A stretch of DNA of 64,000 nucleotides. Origin: Gracilinanus agilis. Its lineage: Eukaryota. Where the stretch lies: assembly GCF_016433145.1 (NCBI RefSeq), contig NC_058132.1, positions 129,541,680-129,605,679 on the forward strand. Reading direction: 5' to 3'. This document shows, piece by piece, positions 51,997 to 63,892 of this stretch. Numbering within the stretch: position 1 is the first letter of the stretch; every line of letters begins with the position of its first letter. Below the pieces are notes generated by a model. That model was not told the DNA's origin. It ran no database searches and worked only from the letters and a program-made list of their open reading frames with translations. Made by a program: the position numbers and the translations under genes.

Positions 51997-52201
51997 TAGG
52001 AGTCGACAACGTATGGCTCTCGAGCCATATCTGGCTCTTTTGAGGGCCAGATATGGCTCTTTCTACAGGAGCCATAAAGTCAATTTTTTTTTTCAGGCAC
52101 TGTTACAGGAGCGCACTGTGAACACTATGACTCTCATGAAATTACATTTTAAAACATGTGGCGTTTATGGCTCTCACAGCCAAAAAGGTTGCCAACCCCT
52201 G
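51997..52201. mobile_element. hAT-Charlie MITE (OposCharlie-like), 205 bp
   Basis: TIRs TAGGAGTCGACAAC ... GTTGCCAACCCCTG; perfect 8-bp TSD CTCTAGGA at 51989-51996 and 52202-52209. Confidence 0.9.
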
Positions 52202-52783
52202 CTCTAGGAGCTCTCAGTACAGTGGGAGAGATAGTGTGCGAACAATTATGTACAATTTGGGCACAGGACAAACTCAACAATGTAGAGGAGAAGGCACTGG
52301 CATTCCCAAAGATTAGGAAAGGCTTCTTGGAGAAAGTGTGCTCTTAGCTAGGGCTTCAAAGAAGCCATTAGATGGGGATGAGGTAGGAAAGAATTTCAGG
52401 GATGAGGGACAACATCGGGAGATGAAGTGTCTTGTGCAAGGGTCTGCAAGGAGGCCAACGTCACTGGGTCACAGGGCATGTAGAGAGATAGAAGATGTAC
52501 AAAGCTTGGAAAAGTAGAGGGGGAAGGAAGGTGAGGATAGTATATAAGTGTGTCCTACTAAATAGAGCATTTTCTATCTGATCCTAGCTTATTGATAATG
52601 GGGAGAGGGAGAAATGTAATTTGATCTTTAGGAAGATCATTTCAATAACAGAGTGGAGGATGAACTTAAGTGAACAGAGACTTGAGACACAGAGACCAAC
52701 CCACACATTATTGCAGCATTTCAGCTTTGAGGTGAAGAGGACCTGTACCAGGTAGTGACCATGTAAGCAGAGAAGGGGGCATT

Positions 52784-53209
52784 TCTTTTTTTTTTTTAAT
52801 TAAACTTATTTAATTAATTACTTTAGAATATTTTTCCATGGTTACATGATTTCATGTTCTTTCCTTCCCCTTCTCCCACACCCCTCCCATAACCAATGTG
52901 CAGTTCCACTGGGCTTTACATGTGTCATTGATCAAGACCTATTTCCATATTTTATTAGTATTTGCATTAGAGTGATCATTTAGATTCTACATCTCCAATC
53001 ATGTCCCCATTGAACCATATGATCAAGCACTTGTTTTTCTTCTGCATTTCTGCTTCCACTGTTCTTTCTCTGGATGTGGAGAGCGTTTTTTCTCTTAAGT
53101 CCCTAAGGATTGTCTTGGATCATTGTATTGCTGCTACTGGAGAAGTCCATTGCATTTGATTGTACCACAATGTATCTGTCTCTGTGTATAATGTTCTCCT
53201 GGTTCTGCT
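52784..53209 (-). mobile_element. Young 5'-truncated L1 3' end nested in L2
   Basis: T-tail; perfect 13-bp TSD AGAAGGGGGCATT at 52771-52783 and 53210-53222. Confidence 0.9.
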
Positions 53210-54539
53210 AGAAGGGGGCATTCCTGAGAGATGTTTCAAATGAAGTATCAATATGACTTGACAACTAATTGGATATGGAGAATAAGAAAGTATGAGGAGT
53301 CAGAGATGATACTAGGTTGAAATTCTGGGGGTCTATGAGGGTGGTGGTGCCTTTGACAATAACAGAGAAGTGATAAGAGAACTTTCTATCTGCCTTGGGC
53401 CAATTATGACTATTTCTACTTTAATGCTAGTATTACAAAATACAATTTTTGGGAGATTAATTTAAATACTAATTATAAATTAAGTTTAATAGAACTTCTG
53501 GTTAAAATGTTCATTTTGGTTTCAGATTCCATTTTCCTCTACTGATAACTTATAATTCCTTACTGTATTAGTTGCTAGTGAAAAGTTAAACGTGAATTGA
53601 ATTTTGATAAATTGAGGAAAGTTTTCTTTTTTAATGAACAATTTCAGAAGTACTTTACACTTATCATAGAATGTTAGGGCTGGACTGGACCTTAAAGGTC
53701 ACTTACTCTAACCTATATATAAAGTGTGAATGCTTCCTGGAAAATCCCTAACAAATGATGATCTAGTTTTTGTTTTTTTGAACTTCCATTAACATGGAAC
53801 CATTCCCTCCCAAAGTAGCTTATTAACTCTTTTAAAATCTTGAGTTGTGAATAAGATTTCTTTTATTGAGCCAAAAAGTACTTTCATATATTTCATCTTT
53901 TGACACTAATTCTCCCCATTTACATAAAAAAGAACGTGAATAATAATTTCTCACTGGGGAAAAATGATCACAGTTTTTTCAGAAATTTCTCTACTAATTT
54001 GACATTGAACCATCAAAAATCAAATTAATGATGTACATAGACTGATGCCCAGGGATGAGACAGCTTGTTCCAGGCAACTTCACACAAGTAGGCTAACCTC
54101 ATCTTGTTAATGTAACAGCTGACTGGCTACCACTACTTAAGATTCAATGCCATTAGCATTGTAAAAATAGCCCCAGCAAATCAGAAAATTCCTTACAATC
54201 AAGATAATTTGTAACAAGGAGACATCTTTCTCTATTCCTTGTTTATCATTGAGTGGGCAAGTACTTCCTGTAATTAAAGTAAATTTAGCTGCTTTTCTTT
54301 CCCCAGTTAGTAACGTTTTTTAGAGTTTGAGATGGCAATATCTAGAATTTATTGCTTTAATAAATTATCTTTCAAGCCTACCTCAATACTCTATCTTTGT
54401 TACCCTAATAATCCATGATTACCACCCTCCAGTTCCTCCTTTGAATTTAATTCAGAAGTGCTAGTCCCTTATATAGTCCTTATACTACTTGGTCCTTCTC
54501 TTCAGTTGTAAGTAATCATCTGAGAGAATATGTATAAAG

Positions 54540-55620
54540 CACTTAGAATACTGTCCAGCACACAGTAGGTGCTATATAAATGTTAATTTCCTTTCTTTTC
54601 TTCACATAATAATCCTCACTAAATCCTGGATTTTTTAAAACATACTTATGTACTTAATGAAACTTGGCCTTCTTTTGGGGACACCTCTGGCCTTACAATT
54701 ATCCCTAATAAAGTCAGCTCCTTTCTGCTCATGCCACAGAAGAGGAAGGGTAAGGATTCTCTGGGCTCTTATCTCCCCCAAGTTCAAAAACCTTTCATCT
54801 TTTGAAGCTACAACATCCTCCCTTCATATTAACTTCCATCCTTTATCATTCTTATAGGTAACACCTCACAAATGTTATAATTTTGAATTTTTGTAGCAGC
54901 CATGTTAATGACCTTACCTACACTCTGGCCTATACAATTTTGAATTCTATAATGTCAGTGACCTTGATCCCATTCTATTATAGGCATGGCCAAACTTTGT
55001 ACCCCATCACTCAGAACTTTTACATATTTTCAATTCTAAAATTCCCCCCACTCTGAATTCTGACCTCTAATTTTAGTTCTACCTTGTTATGCCTACTGGT
55101 TCATTTTTTGCCCTTATGATATATATTCTTTTAACACACCTCCCTTCAACTGTTAAATGTAGTAGAATGTTTAACCTTTATACCATGTTTTCACTGGTAC
55201 TTTAGAATCCTTCCCCAAACTTGGATAAATTCAGCCAGCTACATTCTTCAGTGATGTTTCCAGAATTCCAGATTTGCTGGAGAATATCACGAATCCAGGC
55301 TACTAACTGAGTCAATTCATGGCTTAGCCAGGGTTTCATTGCTACTTGGCAGATCTCTTTATCCCTCCTTGACTTTTTCTCCCATTCACCATGACCTCCT
55401 AACTTTACTGAGAAAACCATAAATAGCTATCTAAAGTAAGCTTCTTCAGCCTTCCTGCATTCCATTTATATGAGACCATTTTTCCTCTTTCAGAAGAAAA
55501 GGTTTCCTTCTCCTATTCTGGTCTTTAGCTTTTCCAATTGTGCCTTTTATCCCATCTTTTTGTACCTCCTAGAAGACCTTGCTCCAGGAATTGTTTCTTT
55601 TCACTTAGACCCTTAACTTC
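54540..55620 (+). mobile_element. MIR tail plus L2 remnant
   Basis: Pyrimidine-rich L2-like sequence (ACCTTGATC..AACTGAGTCAATTCA..TCCCATTCACC). Confidence 0.5.
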
Positions 55621-56306
55621 TCATTGTGCCTTGGTGATTTCATTCCTATTGAAAGAAATGCGTAATAACTCTGGAAAAGAGTGTTAAAAGTCAGAGATGA
55701 AAAAGTGATAAGCAGCTAGAGAAAAGCCTACCAAAAAATGGTTGTCTGGGACAGAATAGATGAAGCTATTTGAATTCTAAGTTTTTTGTTAACTGATCTG
55801 GGAACTTGATTGTTATTTATGACATTGTTGAAAATTAAAGCACATTTTCACAGAGAAATATATAGCTGAATTACATTTTGTTGAAAAATTGCCTTATTAG
55901 CAAAAATATAAAATATAAATAAGTTATTTCTTAATTTTATTTAGAATGGGGAAAAATTCAGTTATCCTTAAGGAAAAGAAAGCAAAATTTCACTAATTAC
56001 TTTAATTAGGTTCCAGGTTTCAAAATGTAGTGAAGTTTTATTAGATTTAGTGTCAGAATAAATACTTCACATGAAATAAAGTGCTTCCATTTTAAAAAGT
56101 TATTTTCTAGAATGAAATGACCTTACTTTTGGAAAAAATATGGCTTGGTCTCATATAAGTGATTTAATCCTTTTTAAAAAACAATCAAATTGAAATAAAC
56201 TGAGATTTTTCCCTCCAAAGCTGACTTATGCTATTCACCTTATTCTAGTTTAGAATGTTCTTAATTCAGATTTGTAGTTTCACTGGACTTTATTTTTTTC
56301 TTAAAG

Positions 56307-56550
56307 GTATGGGGCTGATGCTGGTCATGCTACAGACAGCGCAATGAATTCTGCCATCAATGTTGGTGTCACTGCATTTAATATTGACAACATTGGTATT
56401 AAAGCTATGGTGACAAGAACAGCAAAACAAACTGGAAAAGCCATCTTGGAAGAATATAAAATAGTTGACAAATCAGAGAAGAAAGATGAAAAAGAAACTA
56501 ATATTAAGAAAATTGAGAAAAAAGATGAATTGAAGAAGAAAGATAAATGA
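56307..56550 (+). CDS. SPART: SPART exon 9 (last coding exon)
   Basis: tatttttttcttaaAG|G; YGADAGHATDSAMNSAINVGVTAFNIDNIGIKAMVTRTAKQTGKAILEEYKIVDK...KKKDK then TGA 56548-56550. Confidence 0.97.
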
Positions 56551-57969
56551 TGCAAATACTATGGATTAATTCTACCAAAGCCTTACCAAAAATAACTTTA
56601 GTCCTTGAGCAAAAGTGGAATACTTCTCTCTTATAAGTTAACTTGTATTGAAAAAGTTTAATTATTTCCAAAAATATTTTCATAAAATCAAAGGTATGTA
56701 TGTCTCCCTCATAACAAAAGTAAAAATTGTTTTTGACCTATAGAAAAAGATTGTCAAAAAGATTACATAAAATTGTTTTGTTTTATGTACTTAAAATATT
56801 TTTCAATTGTAATGCTGAGCTTTTTTAAAACTACCTTCAATCTATTATTGAATTTTGTAACTTTTCTATTTTAGAAAACAAAGTAGTAAAATAGATGTCC
56901 CTGCATGAGTTGGAGTATAGTAACCTAATTCAGTGTGTAGTCACAAGGATTAACCTAAGTCATTTACCTCCTGATTATTTCCTACTTTTTATTTATAAGT
57001 TTCTCCTCTATCCTAAATCTTTTATCAGTTTTCAGTAGCTAAGCTAAAATCTAAAGCACCATAATAGAATTAGTATTTTTTAAAAATGAAAATCTCAGGT
57101 AGCATTTTCTAAGACTTTTTTTTTCTGGCAAAGGAAATAATTGATTATTGAAAGAACCAAGGTTCTATAAAACTAGTTGTCGGGCCTTCAGGCTATGTCT
57201 TTTGCAGAAACCAGCAATTGTCTCATTGGTTGAAAATGGTTATAAAAAGATATGAAAAAAAAACACTTTATATTTTAAAGACAAATAGTTAATTAGGAGA
57301 ACAAGAAAATTATTGACAATTTGAAATGTTTATTTACTGAAACTTATTTTCTGCTCAATTAACTATTAACCACTTGGCACTTCTGACACTCCATTTTAAC
57401 CTTTTTTCCTTGTTTTCAGGAAATTTAATTGTACAACAGCAGAATTGGGTAAAATACTACCAGTATACTGGTTTTAGGCATTGTTACTACTGAAATTTAA
57501 GTCTCTTAAGTGTCTAATTATTTAGAATACATGTTATTAGAAAATGACATCTTTAATACTCAAAATAATATTTATGCCTAAATACCTTAGTTTCCATTAT
57601 GTCAGATTGTATTTAATAGTATCGTGTTAGTATCCATTCCCTTTTAAGATCTTTAGGTATGAAGATATATAGTTATATAGTATTTGATAATTAGCTACTA
57701 ATTTTTAAAAGTTGTCACTGGTTTTTGCAACTGCATTCCATTAGAATCTTGATAGAACCTGTGATAGAAGTCAAATAATTTGAAATGACTGATTATTAAA
57801 CTTGAAACTATCCAAAGATTGTACTTTATGAATGAATAATATATTCTCTGCTTGTAGATAAATTAAACATATCTTGGCCTCAAACTCATCAAAAATGCTT
57901 TATGTATTTAGAGGGTGAGAAATGTGTCTATGAGGTGACAATTTTGTGTATGAGCCTTATAACTACTAT

Positions 57970-57975
57970 AATAAA
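57970..57975 (+). terminator. Candidate SPART polyadenylation signal AATAAA
   Basis: First canonical AATAAA I found after the stop, followed by G/T-rich sequence; ATTAAA variants occur ~100-180 nt earlier. Usage unverified. Confidence 0.45.
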
Positions 57976-59479
57976 GTGTGATAGATAGCAGGTTGTTAAT
58001 ATGGAAATTGAACAAGTGGCATTTTTTTATATCATTGAAATGTAATTAATTTGAAAATAAAATTAGTGACTTTTTTATATGTATGATTGGATTAAAGGAA
58101 ATGTAGCATAATAGCAAATGTGTGCCCAGTATGCTTATAGTTAAAAAAGTTACCAAAGTTAAAAGTTTTTTTCCCCTATCATCCCCATTGTTGTTGTCAG
58201 GCACAAACACACGTATACATACATATGCATAGATATTTTTTTCTTCAGCCTTATACATTCATAACATGTTTCAAATGGCCTGATTGAGTATAGGTTTCAT
58301 TGTGACTTATATCTAGTATTTTATAAATTTTATGGATTGCTGGTGGCAATTATAATAGCCATCTTGGGCCTACTTAGATAATAACATTAATGATCAACTG
58401 ACTTAAAAATGTTAAGCCAAATATCGTGGACACATGAATGAATGAATAAAGCATTTTCAAAGCATTATTACATGGAAAGTACTATGTTAATCTCTGGAAA
58501 CACAAATAAAAAAAGATAATCCATGCTCTTGCTCTCACAGGATTTACATTCTAATGGAGGAAAAAAAGGCATATGGAAGATTTTAGCCACGATTCAAATA
58601 GAAAGGTCCCATAGTCTTTAGGACATAGTGGTAAAGCAAATGGTAACATCTCTTTAATAAAATCATCTTGGCTTCTAATGTTGAACTATTTTACATGACC
58701 ATTGGTGTAAAAAAAACACACACACGAAACTTTATTTTTTAGGGATCTTCTAGTGATAACATTTGCAGTAGCCATTGCCCAGTTGCATCTCCCCAAGTAT
58801 TTCTTCCTAGGATGAAGGCTATGTTTTGGCTTGGGATCCTGGGCTACCTCCAAGCCAGAGAGGAAATGATGATCAAAGTGGTGGTAGCTGTATTACCTAC
58901 TCAGCATATGCTGTCTCCTGTCTTTCCTTAGAGTGTCATGTTGCTTGTTAGGTGGCAGTGGGTTTGCAAAAGGGTAGCCCTTTCTTCACAGGCAATGCCT
59001 CCTAAGATTATGGCTATGAAGACATGATCCACCAGTCATCTGGGGCATGATCTGTCTTCTTAGAAAAAGAGTTGTTCTAATTACAAAATAAGAGTAAGAA
59101 ATACCAAGTGAAGAGCCTAAATGATGTACTTATATCCAAGTGATACTAAAAGAACCAGAGGAAGGCTCTTCTAGAGTACCACAGCAGAAAGATCATAGGA
59201 TCGTTTGATGTATACATTGGGCAAATTTTTATGGGCAAAAATTTATTTTATTTGTTTTCTGACCAAAAAGTATAAAAAGTAACTAAGTGGATTTCTTAAG
59301 AAAAGGGCATTTCCTATAAATGTTTTAAAAATTAGTTCCTTTGGCTATTCTAACCATGCTTCTTTCTTTTACATTAACAATTTCCCATATTGTCTATATA
59401 CAAAAATATATGTCTCTAAAGTCTATCACCTCTGTCACTGAGGTTGTCTTTGCCTTTTTATACAGTATACTTATTCTTT

Positions 59480-59719
59480 TCTTGTTTTTCAGTCATGTCT
59501 GAATCTTCATGATCCTATTTGAGGTTTTCTTGGCAAAGATACTGAAGTAATTTGCCATTCTCTTCTCCAGCTTACTTTATAGATGAGGAACTGAGTCAAA
59601 AAGAGTTAAGTGGCTTGCCCTAGGTCACACAGCTAGTTTGAGTCAAGATTGAAATCAAGGAAGATGAGTCTTCCTGATTCCAGGCCTGGCACTCTATACA
59701 CTGTACCACCTAATTGCCC
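59480..59719 (-). mobile_element. MAR1-type SINE
   Basis: TTTCAGTCATGTCTGA..GGCAAAGATACTGAAGT..GATGAGGAACTGAG..GTACCACCTAATTGCCC. Confidence 0.75.
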
Positions 59720-61039
59720 TTTGTTTTCTTAAAATATTCCAACCACAAGCTATCCAGTGTATCCAGAGCCATCCACTTAGTCTTTTCAGTACATTTCCAA
59801 CCCTCTTTTAATTATATAAGTAGTTACAGAAAAAAAACTTTTGATGCTAAAAATCTTTATTTTTTCTAAAACCACTAAAAAGCACAGTCATAGAAGAGCC
59901 ACTATTTGTTAAGATAAAAGTATGTATCTAAATCAAAAACCAACTATTTAAAATAAGTTAATGATAGAAGCTTTCCCAATAAAATTAGGAGATAAGTAGC
60001 TATAACAAAATCCAGGAGTGTAAGACAGGGAAATTTCTACAAAATAAAAGGGTATATCAAAATGTCAATCTACCACTATACATTATTCAAAATTAAAATC
60101 CAAGTTGAAAGAAAAAAAAAGGAATTAAAGAGATAGTCTTTGCTCACTTTTAGCCCAAGGCAATATAATAAAAATGATAACACCTAAATTTACAGATTTA
60201 GTTCTATACCAATCAAATTCCCAAGAAAGTACTTTGCTGAGCTAAGGAAAGTCCTCCCACCCCACCCATCACCACCACTTATGTGTGAGAAGCTAACCAT
60301 TGAAATGTGTAAACTCACACCAAGCATGAAATGGTCCCTAGGTTATATTATGAATAAAATTCTCTGGAGTGCATATTAATTTATAATTATTTGTTAAATA
60401 GTAAAAAGCAGGTCTGTCACCTGCCTGTTGCCTCGCTAATCTGAGCTCCCTGCTCTCCTCCCATTTCATTCACTCCTACTGCTTCCCCAGGATGAGAAGT
60501 ACAAGCTTCCTCGAGCCATAACTTCACTCCATGAAGTCCCTTTTTCTGAGTCGCCCTAATTGGAGAGACTTGACCTCAGTTTGGTGTCAGTCTTCAGTTG
60601 CCAAGAGTCATATGGGACAAGAAGTCAGGGTCTTCCTGGAAGCCAGGGTGCCACCAGGTTTCTGGTATGTGGGATAAGCTCCTTACCCATCTCCTTCCCA
60701 CACCTTCACAGAATGCCAAAGGAAATTGTCAAAAAAGTCAGGGTTTGGGGGAAAGCAGGAGACTGGACTATAGGAAATTGGTCTTTGGGCCACAGAGTCC
60801 TAATCTTTAAAAAATAAGAAAATGCCCAGGACAAAGGGAAGTAAGTAACCTTTGACCAAAACAGAGCTAGAAAGGGGACAGTCTTTCGTCCCCCGTCCTT
60901 TCTTAAAGGTAAACATGGAAACTGACTTTTTTAAAATAACTAGAGCAAGCACAGCCAACAACAGATTTGACACTCATTTGGGGGGTTGGGCAGCGACGGA
61001 AAGAGCCCACCAGAAAAAAAAAAAAAAAAAAAAGCGCAC

Positions 61040-61700
61040 CTCAGCAATTTTTCCTGACAGGCTCCAAAATTCTCCCAGAAGGTCAAACTGACACCGGTGT
61101 TCACCAATCAAAGAACCGGAAGGCGGGGCTGTATTGTTCTACTTCACCAATCAGGGAAGGCTTTCGAACGTCGCCCGGACTAAGAACCCTAAAGCTCGCT
61201 GGCCTTTATCTTAAACGTTCTTTTGGATTTGGCGGGTCCTCTAGGTGTCTTGGAGGAACTGGATGGCGGTCCCGTGGCATTCTTCTGTGTCCTCTGAATC
61301 CCCCGTCCTTCTGCTCTCGAACCCCCTTCTCTGCCGTTCCTCTTCAATGCGTCCCTTCGTTTCGACTTCTGCATCGCCGGTGGAGTTAACTCCAGCGGTG
61401 CGAGGCGTTATATGTCAGTCTTCCTGTCCCTTGGGACAGGACTGGGAGGGTCCGTACTACGTGACTATGGAGTGGAGGTCTCCCTATAGTGACGGCGCCT
61501 CCTCAGCTGGGAGTCTTCTCCCGTTTCCGCCCCGCCCTCCTTTTTCCAAACCGGCCCCTCGATCTAAAAGGTGCGGGAACCTAGTAAGCTCTTTAATATG
61601 GGGGAAGGAAGAGGGGATACCCTGTGCAATTGGACCACAGATCGCCTTAGATTGGAATTACTGGAAGAAACTCGATTGAAGTGAGTTGGAAAAAAACGAA
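61040..61700 (+). promoter_or_regulatory. CpG island promoter of CCDC169
   Basis: CpG-rich; two TTCACCAATCA boxes (CCAAT at 61104 and 61147), ETS-like CCGGAAG next to GC box GGCGGGG, E2F-like TTTGGCGG near 61228. Confidence 0.8.
61598..61680 (+). CDS. CCDC169: CCDC169 first coding exon (83 nt); gene continues beyond the window
   Basis: ATG in aatATGg context; MGEGRGDTLCNWTTDRLRLELLEETRLK resembles the human N-terminus (..STNRLKQQLLEEVRKK, recalled); donor AA|GTGAGT at 61681; same position downstream of SPART as in human. Confidence 0.8.
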
Positions 61701-62409
61701 GAGAGAGAGGAGAGGAGAGAAAGAGTGGTGGGGGGTGGGGAAAAGAGGGTGAGAGTCCCTCCCAAGCCTTCTGTGCTGTGGAGGTAGCTGGGGTCGCTGA
61801 TGTTTGCCAAGTTCCCTTATACTTTATTTGTAGTTAAAATGCCTTTGGTCCATGTACATACATATATACTTCCTAAATCCCTTCTTTCGTCCCTCACGCC
61901 TTTCCCTTCCTCCCTGATCCCTGACTGGTGGTCTAGAGCATCCGCAGGAGACCCTCGTCCAAATGCCAAATCACTGCCCAAACTGTGAACCTAGAGAAAC
62001 TCGCTTTCACCTGCCTCTGGACCTCATTTTTCCTATCCGAAAAAAAAGGAAAACTTTAGACCAAGAACAGGATCCCTTAGCCTTGAATCTTGTAAACACC
62101 TGTGTAAATGGATCCTTCGCACCAAAGCAATAATAAGCAGAGATGACCCACAGGCTTGAACTGATGGCCATGTTTTACACAATGTAAACCCGGCAAATTT
62201 CAAAACTCGACCACTTCTGGGATTCATTTACACTAACCAGGATCAGGGTATATGTGGCCTGTGAGAATTTCAGTACACAGGTACAGGGAATTTATTATTT
62301 TTACTAATCTTAATATGGCTCAGAATAGATGGATATAAATACTTATATCTCACACGTAGACAATATACAACATATATAAATATTTTATATATACATATAC
62401 ACATATGTT

Positions 62410-63890
62410 TGTATTTCTGCCCGTGGGAACTGATAAAATCACCAACTGAAGTAGTATAGAGGGAGAAGAGAAGGAGGCCCAGGGCTCAACCTTCATAGAC
62501 TTTATTAGTAGACATGACTTGGATGAAGATTTAGCAAAGGAGAGAAGACTAGAGAGAGAAAAGGCTAGAGTAGTGTCTGGGAAATGTGAGGAAAAGATAG
62601 TATCAAGGAAAAGAGAATGATTGACAGTGTCAGCTAGAAAGAAGTCAAGAAGCTGAGGATTGAAGACAAATTTGTTAAATAATCTATTTACATAATCTAT
62701 AGACAACTATATATACATATAATATCTAGATAGATCATCTATAGACATATCTATATTTATACATAGACAAATATATCTTCTGGAGGAAAGACACTGAGAC
62801 TATCTGGAAAGGACTACCATAGAAAGTGGAGCCTTAGTTGATACTCAAAGGAAATTAGGAGATGCCACCAGGGAGAGTTGAGAGAGTATTTTCTATTTAG
62901 CAAAGTGAATTCAGAGCTAGACTTGAACACAAAAAGACCGGAGTTGGAATCTATGTGAAGGACAGAAGTTAAGAGAGAGACATAGGACCGAAAGACCAAT
63001 TATGAGGCCATTGTAAAAATCCAGGAGAGGTGACAGGGACCTGATCTATGGCTGGGGTTATAGAGTAGGGAAACTGGTCACACATAAGGGAAGGTGCGGA
63101 AGTAGAAAAAGGTAGGATTTGGCTGCTGATGAGAAATGTGGAGTTGGGGAGAAGAATGATAATGCCGAAGTTGTGAACTTGAGAAATGGTGATGCTCTTG
63201 ACAGAAAAATGGAATTTTTGAATAGGAGTAGGCTTGGAGGGAAAAGATAATGACTTCTGATTTTGAAAATATTGGGTTTGAAATGTCCCAGAGACATCCC
63301 TTTGACATGTGCAATAAATAGGCAGTTGATGATGTAAGACTGGGCTCAGAAGAGGGATTGGGACTCATTGATTATCTGCATAGTGATAAAAGTTAAACCC
63401 AGGGAAAGTGATGAGGTCACATATTATATAAAAGAGACCTAAGACAGAGCCTGGTGGGTTTACACCTACAATTAAAAGGGAGTGAATATGGATGATGGTT
63501 CAGCAAAAAAAACTAAGGCCAGTCAAGCAGGAGGAGTAGGAGATAGTGATGTCAGGAAAAAGCCTATCAAGGAAATCAATACTGTCAAATGCCGCAACAG
63601 AGAGCTCAAGAAGAATTACAAGTGAGAAAAGATAATCTGATTCTGCAATTAAGAGATTTTTAGGGGCTGCAGGGAGAGATTATTGAAAAGATAACTTTGG
63701 AATGAGCAGTTTTAGTTGAGTTATAAGGTGGCAAGTCAGACTGAAAAAGTTTGTTAAATGAATGGGAGGAGAAGAAATGAAACACAAGTAACCTTTTTCT
63801 AGAAATTTGGCTAAGAAATGAAGGGGAGATTGTAAGATGTAATTTGAAGGGATGGCAAAAATCAGTTAAAGTATTTTTAAAGATAGAGGA
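62410..63890 (-). mobile_element. Long L2 remnant
   Basis: Purine-rich antisense L2 (GTAGTGTCTGGGAAA..GAAATGTCCCAGAGACATCC..GAAATGAAACAC). Confidence 0.6.
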
Positions 63891-63892
63891 GA

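Larger units (their letters stand above)
49740..53380 (-). mobile_element. Cluster of antisense L2 remnants hosting younger insertions (MIR, LTR-like, hAT MITE, L1)
   Basis: L2 3'-end signatures (AAGCATTTATT..GTACTAAAGGTACAA..) at ~49770 and ~51890, followed by purine-rich L2 body. Confidence 0.55.
14400..57995 (+). other. SPART: SPART (spartin/SPG20) gene span: non-coding first exon(s) in the CpG island, 8 coding exons, 3'UTR; both ends approximate
   Basis: Eight exons with canonical AG/GT boundaries and matching phases (792+198+162+124+195+159+91+244 = 1965 nt, 654 aa + stop). The translation aligns along its length with human spartin as recalled. Confidence 0.97.

Noticed and set aside
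57459-57472. Perfect 14-bp palindrome ACCAGTATACTGGT in the 3'UTR
   Set aside because: A few palindromes of this size are expected by chance in 64 kb.
60967-61389. 140-aa ORF with a poly-Lys run
   Set aside because: Product of an A21 homopolymer plus CpG-island composition; no splice or homology support.
62340-62780. TA-rich quasi-palindromes
   Set aside because: Low-complexity (TA)n-derived sequence embedded in L2.
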